The notes beneath the pieces are model-generated. The model worked only from the letters and a program-made list of their open reading frames with translations. It did no database searches and was not told the origin of the DNA. 24,000 bases of DNA from Nocardioidaceae bacterium. GTDB taxonomy: Bacteria > Actinomycetota > Actinomycetes > Propionibacteriales > Nocardioidaceae. Where the stretch lies: positions 893,827 to 917,826 of the forward strand of contig CP076053.1 in assembly GCA_018672315.1 (NCBI GenBank), read 5' to 3'. Positions 10,892-18,248 of this stretch are shown one piece after another; positions within the stretch are counted from its first letter, which is position 1; every line of letters starts with the position of its first letter. The translations under genes and the position numbers were made by a program.

Positions 10892-11060
10892 GCTCACTCC
10901 TCGACCCGTCGGGGTCCTCGCTCGTGTGGTGCCGCGGCTCAGGCCGCACCCGCGTTGTACCCATCCTCCCGCGCCCGCGTACGCCCGGATCAGATGTCGT
11001 CGGTCACCGTCCCGCGGCACACGGCATGACCCGGGGGTGAGTGCGGGCCCGGCGGGCAGG
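10892..11060. promoter_or_regulatory. divergent ndh / mtr control region
   Basis: 169-bp non-coding gap between two divergent flavoprotein redox genes. No confident promoter hexamers or operators could be read. Confidence 0.35.
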
Positions 11061-12470
11061 ATGGTCGCCGTGACGCACTACGACCTGCTCGTGATCGGCT
11101 CGGGTTCGGGCAACATGCTGCTCGACAGCCGGTTCGACAACCTGAGGACGGCCATCGTCGAGCGCTCCACGTTCGGCGGAACCTGCCTGAACGTCGGGTG
11201 CATCCCGACGAAGATGTACGTCTGGCCGGCCGACATCGCGGCCTACGCGGGCGACGGCCCGCGCCTGGGTGTCGACACCGCGATGCGGGGCGCACGGTGG
11301 GTCGACATCCGCGACCGTGTGTTCGGTCGCATCGACGCGATCTCGCACTCGGGCCTGCAGTACCGCGACAGCCTCGAGAACGTCGAGGTGCTCCGGGGTC
11401 ACGGTCGGTTCGTCGGTGACCGACGGCTGACGGTGACCGACACCGACGGTCAGGACGTGACCGGCAGCCCCGAGGGCGAGATCACCGCCGACCGCATCGT
11501 GGTCGCCACCGGCTCCAGGGTCTCCGTCCCGCCGATCGAGGGGCTGGAGGAGGCCGGCTACGAGACCTCCGACACCGTGATGCGGCTCGACGCCCAGCCC
11601 GAACGGATCGTGATCATCGGCGGCGGGTTCGTCTCGTGCGAGTTCGCGCACGTCTTCCACGCCCTGGGCACCGAGGTGGTGCAGGTGCAGCGGGGACCCC
11701 GCTTGCTGATGGCGGAGGACGACGACGTCTCGGCGCGCATCACCGACATCGCGTGCCGCGCGTGGGACGTGCGCCTCGGCGTCACCGTCGACCGGGTCGA
11801 GCCAGGGCGCGACGGCGCCGACCACGTGCTGCACCTGAGCAACGGGGAGACGCTCGAGGCGGACACGATCCTGGTGGCGACCGGGCGCGACCCGAACACC
11901 GACGACATGGGCCTGGACCTCACCGGGGTCGAGGTCGACGACGACGGACTGATCGTGACCGACGAGTTCCTCCGCGCCGCCGAGGGTGTCTTCGCGCTCG
12001 GCGACTGCCGTACGCCCTGGCAGCTCAAGCACGTCGCGAACCTCGAGGCGCGTCTGGTCGGCGACAACCTCGCTTCCCCCGAGGACATGCGCGCGCTGCC
12101 CGACCTCCCCGTCCCCCACGCCGTCTTCACCCACCCCCAGATCGCGTCGGTCGGCGCCACCGAACGGGAGCTGGTGGAGCAGGGGCGCGCGTACGAGAAG
12201 AAGGTGCAGGACTACGCCGACATCGCCTACGGGTGGGCGATGGAGGACACGACCGGCTTCGCCAAGCTGCTCGCGGACCCCGACACCGGCCTGCTGCTCG
12301 GTGCGCACCTGATCGGCCCCCAGGCCTCGGCCCTGATCCAGCCCCTGATCCAGATGATGAGCCTGGGTCAGACGACGCAGGAGGTGGCCCGCGGCCAGTA
12401 CTGGATCCACCCCGCCCTCCCCGAGCTCGTGGAGAACGCCCTGCTGGGTCTCGAACAGCGCCCCAAGTAA
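11061..12470 (+). CDS. mtr: mycothione reductase (pyridine nucleotide-disulfide oxidoreductase)
   Basis: Trimmed to the ATG at 11061 (the alternative is the GTG at 11070). The N-terminus MVAVTHYDLLVIGSGSGNMLLDSRFDNLRTAIVERSTFGGTCLNVGCIPTKMYV carries the redox-active CxxxxC. It closely resembles mycobacterial Mtr (SGN instead of the usual GxGxxG third Gly, then GTFGGTCLNVGCIPTKM). The C-terminal dimerisation domain contains HPALPE. Confidence 0.85.
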   Translation: MVAVTHYDLLVIGSGSGNMLLDSRFDNLRTAIVERSTFGGTCLNVGCIPTKMYVWPADIAAYAGDGPRLGVDTAMRGARWVDIRDRVFGRIDAISHSGLQYRDSLENVEVLRGHGRFVGDRRLTVTDTDGQDVTGSPEGEITADRIVVATGSRVSVPPIEGLEEAGYETSDTVMRLDAQPERIVIIGGGFVSCEFAHVFHALGTEVVQVQRGPRLLMAEDDDVSARITDIACRAWDVRLGVTVDRVEPGRDGADHVLHLSNGETLEADTILVATGRDPNTDDMGLDLTGVEVDDDGLIVTDEFLRAAEGVFALGDCRTPWQLKHVANLEARLVGDNLASPEDMRALPDLPVPHAVFTHPQIASVGATERELVEQGRAYEKKVQDYADIAYGWAMEDTTGFAKLLADPDTGLLLGAHLIGPQASALIQPLIQMMSLGQTTQEVARGQYWIHPALPELVENALLGLEQRPK

Positions 12471-12588
12471 GGCGCATTCGCCGCATCTCGGCCGATTCGC
12501 TGTGGTTTACTCCTCGACGAGTGCATGTCCATGCCTCGGGTCGGACTGGGACCCTTCGATGAGTGCGAGGCGGATCGGGAGGACCACC

Positions 12589-13641
12589 GTGCACCCTGGG
12601 CACGACGAGCTCCACCTCGAGGCGGTCCCCGCCAGCGTGGGGCAGGCGCGGCGCATGGTGGCCGCGACGCTGCACTCCCTCGGTCGTGAGGACCTCGTCG
12701 GCAGCGCCCAGCTCGTGGTCTCCGAGCTCGTCACCAACGCCCTCCTGCACGGGGTCGCGCCGGTCACCGCCCGCGTCCGCGGCACACGCGCCCATCCGCG
12801 CGTGGAGATCAGCGACGCGTCGATGCGTCTGCCCCGGCTGCCCGAGGCGCCGCTCCCCCTCACCGAGGCCGTGCGTCCCACCGGCGCTCTGCCTGCAGGT
12901 GGCGCCCTGACCTTCGCCCCGGAGGAGGTCGACGCCCTGCTCCGCGAGGAGCTCGACCTGCTCTCGATGGGGGGTCGTGGAATCCGGCTGGTGATCACCT
13001 ACAGCGCCGCGTGGGGCATCCATCGCACGACCGGGTGCAAGACGGTCTGGTTCGAGCCCTCGGCCGAGCCACGGACGGACGCACCGAACGAGATCCAGGT
13101 CTTCGAGACGATCGAGGACGAGACCCTGCCGCTGCCGCGGGCACGCCGGTCGCTCGACGACCTGTCTCCGGCGACGGGGCCACAGGTGATGCGGCACGTA
13201 CGCCTGGTGAACGCGCCCGTCCGGCTGATCGCCGCCGTCCGCAGCCACTACGACGACCTGCAGCGCGAGATCCGCCTGATCGGCCTGCAGTACGGTCGGG
13301 CCGCCGCGACGCTGCCCCGTCACCTCTTCGAGCAGGCCGCCCACCCCGAGCTGCACCGGTTGCGGGCCTTGGGGGTCGAGCAGGTCGAGCAGGCGGTCCT
13401 CGTCGGTCGTGACCACGCGGACCTCGACTACGAGGTCGCCCCCGCGGACGCCGCCGTGTTCGCCCGCACCGTGGCCCTGTTCCTGGAGGCCGACGAGTTC
13501 TGCCGGCGCGAGCGGCTCCTCACCCTCGCCCTGACCGAGCGCCAACGGGCCGCGGTGATCTGGTTCGTCGACCAGGTGGTCTCCCAGGTGGCCGGACGGG
13601 CCCCCTGTGCCTGGGACGAGGCCGTCGACGCCCGTGCCTGA
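12589..13641 (+). CDS. RsbW/SpoIIAB-like HATPase (anti-sigma-type Ser kinase fold) fused to an uncharacterised C-terminal helical domain
   Basis: The GTG at 12589 lies 6 nt after GGGAGG; the alternative is the ATG at 12559. The N-terminal ~170 aa have the N-box SELVTNALLHG and the G2-box GGRGIRLV, but a degenerate G1 region (EISDAS) and a ~45-aa Pro/Leu-rich insert. The C-terminal ~190 aa (VRLVNAPVRLIAAVRSHYDDLQREIRL...ERLLTLALTERQRAAVIWFVDQV) match no family I recognise. Confidence 0.7.
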   Translation: MHPGHDELHLEAVPASVGQARRMVAATLHSLGREDLVGSAQLVVSELVTNALLHGVAPVTARVRGTRAHPRVEISDASMRLPRLPEAPLPLTEAVRPTGALPAGGALTFAPEEVDALLREELDLLSMGGRGIRLVITYSAAWGIHRTTGCKTVWFEPSAEPRTDAPNEIQVFETIEDETLPLPRARRSLDDLSPATGPQVMRHVRLVNAPVRLIAAVRSHYDDLQREIRLIGLQYGRAAATLPRHLFEQAAHPELHRLRALGVEQVEQAVLVGRDHADLDYEVAPADAAVFARTVALFLEADEFCRRERLLTLALTERQRAAVIWFVDQVVSQVAGRAPCAWDEAVDARA

Positions 13642-14065
13642 CCGCGCACCCGAGGACCCGGCGCAGCAGGACCCCGCCTCACCGGTGGCGTCGACAGCCG
13701 CGCTCGTGGCCGCCGGGGGCGCACTCGGCGCCCTGCTCCGTCAGGCCGCCTCCGAGGCCCTGCCCCTGACGGCCGTGCCGTGGTCGACGGCTGCGGTCAA
13801 CGTGGCCGGGTCGCTCCTCCTGGGTCTGCTCGTCGGCCGGCTGACGGTCCGACCCGGCCCGCGGTGGCTGAAGCCGACCGTGGGGACCGGCGTGCTCGGC
13901 GGGTTCACGACCTTCAGCACCTTCGCGGTCGACACGTCCCTGCGTCTGCCCGACCACACGGCCACGGCCGGGGCGTACGTCGCCCTCACCGTCGTCGGCG
14001 CCGTCGCGGCGGCGGGCGTGGGACTGGCCGCCGGCAGGCTGCTGGGTCGGCGGGGGCCGTCGTGA
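13634..14065 (+). CDS. crcB: fluoride channel subunit CrcB/FluC (first of pair)
   Basis: Four-TM protein with the CrcB signature GGFTTFSTF. The start is ambiguous. The GTG at 13634 overlaps the upstream stop by 8 nt. The GTG at 13685 would give a typical 126-aa protein. The track start is 13607. The stop TGA at 14063-14065 overlaps the next GTG. Confidence 0.82.
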   Translation: MPDRAPEDPAQQDPASPVASTAALVAAGGALGALLRQAASEALPLTAVPWSTAAVNVAGSLLLGLLVGRLTVRPGPRWLKPTVGTGVLGGFTTFSTFAVDTSLRLPDHTATAGAYVALTVVGAVAAAGVGLAAGRLLGRRGPS

Positions 14066-14433
14066 CAGCGCTGCTGGTGATGCTCGGCGGGGCCGTCGGG
14101 GCGGCCGGCCGCTACCTGTGCGACCGGTTCGTCTCGTCCCGTGCGCCGCGCGACCTCCCGGCCGGGACGTTGGCGGTGAACCTGCTCGGGAGTCTCGCCC
14201 TGGGGCTGCTCACCGGCCTGCTGGTGACGACCGGCTCCGCGTACGCCGTGCTCGGGACGGGCGTCTGCGGCGCGTTCACCACCTGGAGCACGCTCGCCGT
14301 GGAGACGGTGGAGCTGCTGCGGGGGCGGCCGGCGCTCGCGGTGGCGTACCTGGCGGCGACGCTCCTCGGCGGCCTGTCGCTCGCCACGGTGGGTCTCCTC
14401 GCGACGGGTGCCCTGACGCCCGTGACGTCCTGA
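14062..14433 (+). CDS. crcB: fluoride channel subunit CrcB/FluC (second of pair)
   Basis: The GTG at 14062 overlaps the previous stop (GTGA). The product is 123 aa, VTALLVMLGGAVGAAGRYL..., with the signature GAFTTWSTL. Paired crcB genes encode heterodimeric FluC channels. Confidence 0.88.
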   Translation: MTALLVMLGGAVGAAGRYLCDRFVSSRAPRDLPAGTLAVNLLGSLALGLLTGLLVTTGSAYAVLGTGVCGAFTTWSTLAVETVELLRGRPALAVAYLAATLLGGLSLATVGLLATGALTPVTS

Positions 14434-14437
14434 CGTC

Positions 14438-14818
14438 CTAGGCCCAGCCGAGCTCGTGGAGCCGGTCGTCGTCGATGCCGAGGTGGTGCGCCAGCTCGTG
14501 CACCACGGTCACCCGGATCTCCTCGGCGACGTGCTCCTCGTCCTCGCAGTAGCGCAACGTCGGTCCGCGGTAGACGAGCACGACGTCGGGCGGCTGGAAG
14601 GTGTACGTGTCGCCGCGGTCGGTCAGCGCGTTGCCGACGTACAGGCCCAGCAGGTCCGGGTCGTCGGCCGGCGGCTCGTCCTCGACGAGCACGGCGACGT
14701 TGTCGATCATCGCGGCGAGCTCGGCAGGCAGCGTGTCGAGCGCGTCGGCCACGAGCTGCTCGAACCGCTCGCGCGACATCTCGACCCCGACGGTGGGCGG
14801 TCCGTCGCGTTCGGTCAT
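14438..14818 (-). CDS. zincin-like metallopeptidase family protein (DUF1025-type)
   Basis: 126-127 aa with HELAHHLG (HExxH) near the C-terminus and the family-typical MSRERFEQLVADALDTLPAEL. GGGAGGA lies upstream of the adjacent GTG (14821) and ATG (14818) starts. Confidence 0.85.
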   Translation of the reverse strand: MTERDGPPTVGVEMSRERFEQLVADALDTLPAELAAMIDNVAVLVEDEPPADDPDLLGLYVGNALTDRGDTYTFQPPDVVLVYRGPTLRYCEDEEHVAEEIRVTVVHELAHHLGIDDDRLHELGWA

Positions 14819-14880
14819 CACTCCCGCATCCTCCCAGGCGCCCCTCGCCGGGCCCGTTCGCTTATGCTGGGCACGTCCCG

Positions 14881-14953
14881 GCCCCCATCGTCTAGCGGCC
14901 CAGGACCCCGCCCTTTCACGGCGGTAGCACGGGTTCGAATCCCGTTGGGGGTG
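14881..14953 (+). tRNA. tRNA-Glu (anticodon TTC)
   Basis: The cloverleaf was folded by hand. The acceptor GCCCCCA pairs with TGGGGGT. The anticodon stem CCGCC/GGCGG has the loop CTTTCAC. The T-arm is ACGGG-TTCGAAT-CCCGT. CCA is not encoded. Confidence 0.92.
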
Positions 14954-15034
14954 CGATTCGCGGCCCTGGCGGGCCGTGGGTTAGAGTTCCATCCGTCCGC
15001 GCGACACGGCGAGAGCTGTGTGCCGGACGTACGA

Positions 15035-15111
15035 GGCCCCGTAGCGCAGTTGGTTAGCGCGCCGCCCTGTCACGGCGGAGGCCGCGGGTTCGAGTCCCGT
15101 CGGGGTCGCCA
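15035..15111 (+). tRNA. tRNA-Asp (anticodon GTC)
   Basis: The acceptor GGCCCCG pairs with CGGGGTC. The D-arm is GTAGCGCAGTTGGTTAGCGC. The anticodon stem CCGCC/GGCGG has the loop CTGTCAC. The T-loop is GGTTCGAGTCC. The discriminator is G at 15108. It is the only one of the three tRNAs with an encoded CCA (15109-15111). Confidence 0.92.
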
Positions 15112-15240
15112 TCGCAGCGCCTCGGACCACACGGTCCGGGGCGCTGTCTCGTTGCTGCCCGGTTCCGGCGGTGGTCCGGGTGCGAGACCGGAGCCCTCGC
15201 CGATGCGCCCCGACCGCGTGCGGTATCGTTCCCCTCGCTC

Positions 15241-15314
15241 GGGCAGGTAGCTCAGTTGGTACGAGCGTCCGCCTGAAAAGTGGAAGGTCGGCGGTTCGAC
15301 CCCGCCCCTGCCCA
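15241..15314 (+). tRNA. tRNA-Phe (anticodon GAA)
   Basis: The acceptor GGGCAGG pairs with CCTGCCC. The anticodon stem TCCGC/GTGGA has the loop CTGAAAA. The T-arm is GGCGG-TTCGACC-CCGCC. The discriminator is A. CCA is not encoded. Confidence 0.92.
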
Positions 15315-15319
15315 CGAGC

Positions 15320-15355
15320 ACGAGGGCCGCAGTGGTGATCCACTGCGGCCCTCGT
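15320..15355. terminator. stem-loop ending the tRNA cluster, shared with the convergent lipoprotein gene
   Basis: Perfect 16-bp inverted repeat acgagggccgcagtgg (15320-15335) / ccactgcggccctcgt (15340-15355) with the loop tgat. It starts 6 nt after tRNA-Phe and ends 34 nt from the stop of the minus-strand gene at 15389. Confidence 0.6.
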
Positions 15356-15388
15356 CATGTCCGGCAGTGTCCGGTTCCTCCCCAGTCG

Positions 15389-15685
15389 TCAGTTCACCTG
15401 CTGCGCGACCTCGATGGCGAAGCGCACGGTGTCGCCCTCGACCGAGGTGACCTGCACCATGACGTCGATCGTCTCGCCGCCGGCGCCCAGCACGCAGGTG
15501 GTCTCGGCGCCCACCTCTGCCGCGAGGTCGCCGGGGCAGTCGACGGAGTCGGGCTCCTGCCCCACCTGCCGCGCGAGCTGGCTGCTGACCTGCTGCTCGA
15601 GGTCGGCCTGGGTGACCGACGAGGCGGAGCACCCCGCGAGCAATGCGAGCACGGGCAGGACGAGGACGGGCACGATGGGTCGCAC
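15389..15685 (-). CDS. DUF4333 domain-containing lipoprotein
   Basis: 98 aa with signal peptide and lipobox LLAGC. The mature part ADLEQQVSSQLARQVGQEPDSVDCPGDLAAEVGAETTCVLGAGGETIDVMVQVTSVEGDTVRFAIEV fits the actinobacterial DUF4333 pattern, including the two conserved Cys. Confidence 0.8.
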   Translation of the reverse strand: MRPIVPVLVLPVLALLAGCSASSVTQADLEQQVSSQLARQVGQEPDSVDCPGDLAAEVGAETTCVLGAGGETIDVMVQVTSVEGDTVRFAIEVAQQVN

Positions 15686-15831
15686 GGCGGCACCTTCTGG
15701 TCGGGCCGCCCGGCACGACGTGGCAGGTCAGCTCCTCGTTCTACCGCGAACACCGGTGCCGGGGCAACGAGATCGACGTACGTTCTCGCGTCCTGAGGAG
15801 GTGCGCCGCGCCGGAGCCCGGCGAACCCCGG

Positions 15832-18033
15832 TCAGCCTCGGCCGGCGCGCACCTGACGCGCGCACGACGCCAGCGACAGGCGCTTGTCGTCACCGCGGTC
15901 GACGTACACCTTCGTCCGGGTGAACACCTCGCCCTTGACGCCGCAGGTGAGCGTGTAGCGCTCCCGACGGTCACGTGTCGTCCGTGTCCGTGCGTCGAAG
16001 AGGTCGCTGGTCAGGGCGTAGCGCTGTCCCGGCACCGCGGTGTAGTTGACGACCCGGAGCACGTACTCCCCCGCCCTGGCGTCGACGACCTCCGCGCTCT
16101 CCTTCTCCCCGGGGGCGTTGGCCGAGGAGCCCACGAGCGTCAGGTCGGCGCCGTCACGGCGGTAGACCTCGAGGTCCAGATCGTCGGGCAGCGGCCAGGA
16201 CAGCCCCACCCGCAGCAGGTCCGTGCGGCGGGACACCGTCAGCGCGGTGTCGGTGTGGGCCGACGGCGCCGGCACCGTGCCGTTGTCGGTGACGGACTTG
16301 AACGGGGTCCGCGCCAGCCTCTCGACCGTGCGCCCCTTCACCACGGGCCGCGTCGACGGGTTGACCACCCATCGGAACGCGCCGCCGCGGCTGCGCAGCG
16401 TCGAGGAGATGGACTCCTTCACCGAGGACTCCCACGTCGGGGTGTTGAAGGTCTTGCGGAGCCGCAGCACCGCTTTCCTCGGCAGGGTGCCGCGCAGCAC
16501 GGCGGATGCGTCGGTGTCGCCCGCGTGCTCGAGCGCCAGCAGGTACGCCTCGCGGTTGCCCTCCAGGGCGCCGTCCCCGGCGTACTCGGTGACGACCTCC
16601 GCGAACGGTGGGTGGAACTCGTCCTCGCCGATCTCGAAGGTGTAGCCGAAGCCTCCGGTGGCGTTGTAGGACCAGTCCTCGGTGGTGCCCGTGGTGTCGT
16701 AGAGCTCCCACCCGTGGATGTTCTGGTAGCCGTTCGCCTCGGTCATCCTCCGACCGAGCTGCCGAAGCGCCCGCTCGTCCGGGGCGTCACCGACGGGGTC
16801 GCCGTCAGGACCGATCGTGGTCGGCGCGACGCCGTTCGGCCGCAGCACGAGGTTGGAGAAGGTGTGGTTCGAGATGAGCATCGTCACCTGCCGCGAGGCG
16901 ACGAGGTCACGGATGTTCTGCGTCTCCGGCTCACTGAACGGCGCAGGCCCTCGATAGGTCGGGTTCAGCGGCCCACCGAGGCTGTCGCCGGTGTCGGGGG
17001 TGTCCCCCGCCGCTCCTGGTCCGCCCCAGAAGCCGGAGTAGTTGCGGTTCAGGTCCGTGCCGACGCCGAACCCGCCGGGACTCGTCACCGTGGCCCGGCA
17101 CGAGCCGGCCGGGAGGCTCGTCACCCCTGCCACGCTGCAGTTCTTGCGCTTGTACGCCTGTCCCGGCGTCGCGAGCACCGACGTGCTCCCGTCCAGCGGG
17201 TCGATGTCGTTGGCGTCGCGCAGGTCCACGAACTCACCGTCGGTGCGCGAGAGGCGGAAACCGTCGACGTTGACGACCGGGACGACGACAGTCCGCGCGC
17301 GGCTCGCCAACCGTGTGATGCGCTTGTTCGAGCCGACGTTCTTCACCAGGTCGCGGGCGAACTCCATCGCCAGCTCACCGGAGGGCCACTCGCGGGCGTG
17401 GTGCACGCCCATCAGCAGGAACGTGGGCCGCCCGTCGTCGACCCGCTTGACGTTGCGGGCGATCTCGACGCCGTAGACGGTGCGTCCCTCGACGGACTCG
17501 TGCGGCAGCTCGATGAGCGAGACCAGGCGCGGGTTCTTCTGGGCGAGCTGCCTCATCTCGCGGTTGTAGTCGGCGAGCGTGCGGTAGGACGTGCGCCCCG
17601 AGGGCAGCGCGCTGCGGCGCGTGGCAGCCGCGTACGCCTTGTCCATACGTGCGACCTGGACCGCGCGACGCACCAGGTCGCGGATCTCGACCTCGTAGTC
17701 GAACTTCGCCGCCTCGAGCGCGAGCCGGTCGGCCACGGTGTGCAGCACCACCTCGACGTAGTCGCGGCCGGCGTGCTCGGTGAGGTCCAACCCCAGGGCC
17801 TGGAGGCGCTCCTTATCCGACCGCAGGGGCGTGAGCACCCGGACGAGCGAGACCGGAGACTCCTCCATGGTCGCGTCGGCGGCGCGGGTCTGCTCCCCGG
17901 CTGCCGGGACCGCGGCCGAGCCGACGACGGCGGTCGCGGTGGTCGCGGTGGTCGCGGTGGTCGCGGCCAGGGCGATGCCCGCAAGGGGTGCCAGCAGGCG
18001 GCGGGAACGGGCGGAGCGGGGACTGCGACTCAC
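15832..18033 (-). CDS. secreted M14-family zinc carboxypeptidase with a C-terminal pre-peptidase (PPC)-like domain
   Basis: Trimmed to the GTG at 18033, 5 nt after GAGGAG. Signal peptide VSRSPRSARSRRLLAPLAGIALAATTATTATTATAVVG. The M14 core contains FLLMGVHHAREWPSGE and VVVPVVNVDGF. The C-terminal ~100 aa (LSWPLPDDLDLEVYRRDG...GEYVLRVVNYTA) resemble a PPC domain. Confidence 0.88.
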   Translation of the reverse strand: MSRSPRSARSRRLLAPLAGIALAATTATTATTATAVVGSAAVPAAGEQTRAADATMEESPVSLVRVLTPLRSDKERLQALGLDLTEHAGRDYVEVVLHTVADRLALEAAKFDYEVEIRDLVRRAVQVARMDKAYAAATRRSALPSGRTSYRTLADYNREMRQLAQKNPRLVSLIELPHESVEGRTVYGVEIARNVKRVDDGRPTFLLMGVHHAREWPSGELAMEFARDLVKNVGSNKRITRLASRARTVVVPVVNVDGFRLSRTDGEFVDLRDANDIDPLDGSTSVLATPGQAYKRKNCSVAGVTSLPAGSCRATVTSPGGFGVGTDLNRNYSGFWGGPGAAGDTPDTGDSLGGPLNPTYRGPAPFSEPETQNIRDLVASRQVTMLISNHTFSNLVLRPNGVAPTTIGPDGDPVGDAPDERALRQLGRRMTEANGYQNIHGWELYDTTGTTEDWSYNATGGFGYTFEIGEDEFHPPFAEVVTEYAGDGALEGNREAYLLALEHAGDTDASAVLRGTLPRKAVLRLRKTFNTPTWESSVKESISSTLRSRGGAFRWVVNPSTRPVVKGRTVERLARTPFKSVTDNGTVPAPSAHTDTALTVSRRTDLLRVGLSWPLPDDLDLEVYRRDGADLTLVGSSANAPGEKESAEVVDARAGEYVLRVVNYTAVPGQRYALTSDLFDARTRTTRDRRERYTLTCGVKGEVFTRTKVYVDRGDDKRLSLASCARQVRAGRG
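17932..17967. repeat. in-frame 9-bp tandem repeat x4 (ggtcgcggt; the last copy has 1 mismatch) inside the M14 signal peptide
   Basis: Read directly: copies at 17932-17940, 17941-17949, 17950-17958 and 17959-17967. They encode the ATTATTATTATA run in the signal-peptide h-region. Confidence 0.9.
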
Positions 18034-18248
18034 GGGGACTCCTCGTGCGGGCGGCGTCGTCGCCGATCCTCGGACCGGTCTTGACCAGGGGTGTGAGCCA
18101 CATGATGGAGGGAGAAGCCGCGCATCTGGGTGATTTGACGACAAGCCTGGCCGATTCGGTGCCTCGTGTCGCTTCCCGACCCACACCCTCGGGTGCCCCT
18201 GCCGCGCCCGACCGACCTGCGAGGTCCTGTCGTCGCTACGGTCGGGCA

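Noticed and set aside
12471-12588. Possible fluoride (crcB-motif) riboswitch upstream of the HATPase-crcB genes
   Set aside because: The segment starts with GGCGCATTCGCC and contains CGATGAG. It lacks the conserved pseudoknot elements as I remember them (the AAAC...GCC and CUGAUGA-type segments). I cannot support a call by eye, and a covariance-model scan is needed.
14423-14438. 8-bp tandem duplication tgacgtcc-tgacgtcc at the 4-nt junction of convergent crcB-2 and the metallopeptidase gene
   Set aside because: It is real in the sequence but very short. The second copy simply supplies the crcB-2 stop codon. It has no further structure, so it is most likely a trivial duplication.
14881-15355. 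tRNA Glu-Asp-Phe cluster as an integration hotspot or island boundary
   Set aside because: No integrase, excisionase or transposase gene is present. I saw no second copy of any tRNA 3' end (att-like direct repeat) elsewhere in the window. The flanking genes have the same composition as the rest. This cluster is a conserved core feature in actinobacteria.
14456-15358. Track ORFs 14456..15250 (+), 14981..15358 (-) and 15070..15321 (-) running through the tRNA genes
   Set aside because: They overlap three well-folded tRNAs and the antisense of the metallopeptidase gene. They have no RBS and no motifs.
15643-18084. 813-aa plus-strand ORF opposite the M14 carboxypeptidase. Similar long shadow ORFs lie at 303..1463, 992..2254, 1890..3197, 6777..7925, 7922..9358, 9437..11029, 11004..12410, 12127..13545, 18030..19295 and 20767..22239.
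   Set aside because: Every one lies antisense to, or out of frame with, a gene that has strong family-level similarity. Their translations are Arg/Gly/Ala/Pro-rich with no motifs. They are GC-driven artefacts.
18102-18248. Upstream ATG-ATG start giving a 49-aa longer PP2C phosphatase
   Set aside because: Third-position GC in this stretch is much lower than in the gene body, and the peptide is low-complexity. It is kept as an alternative start only.
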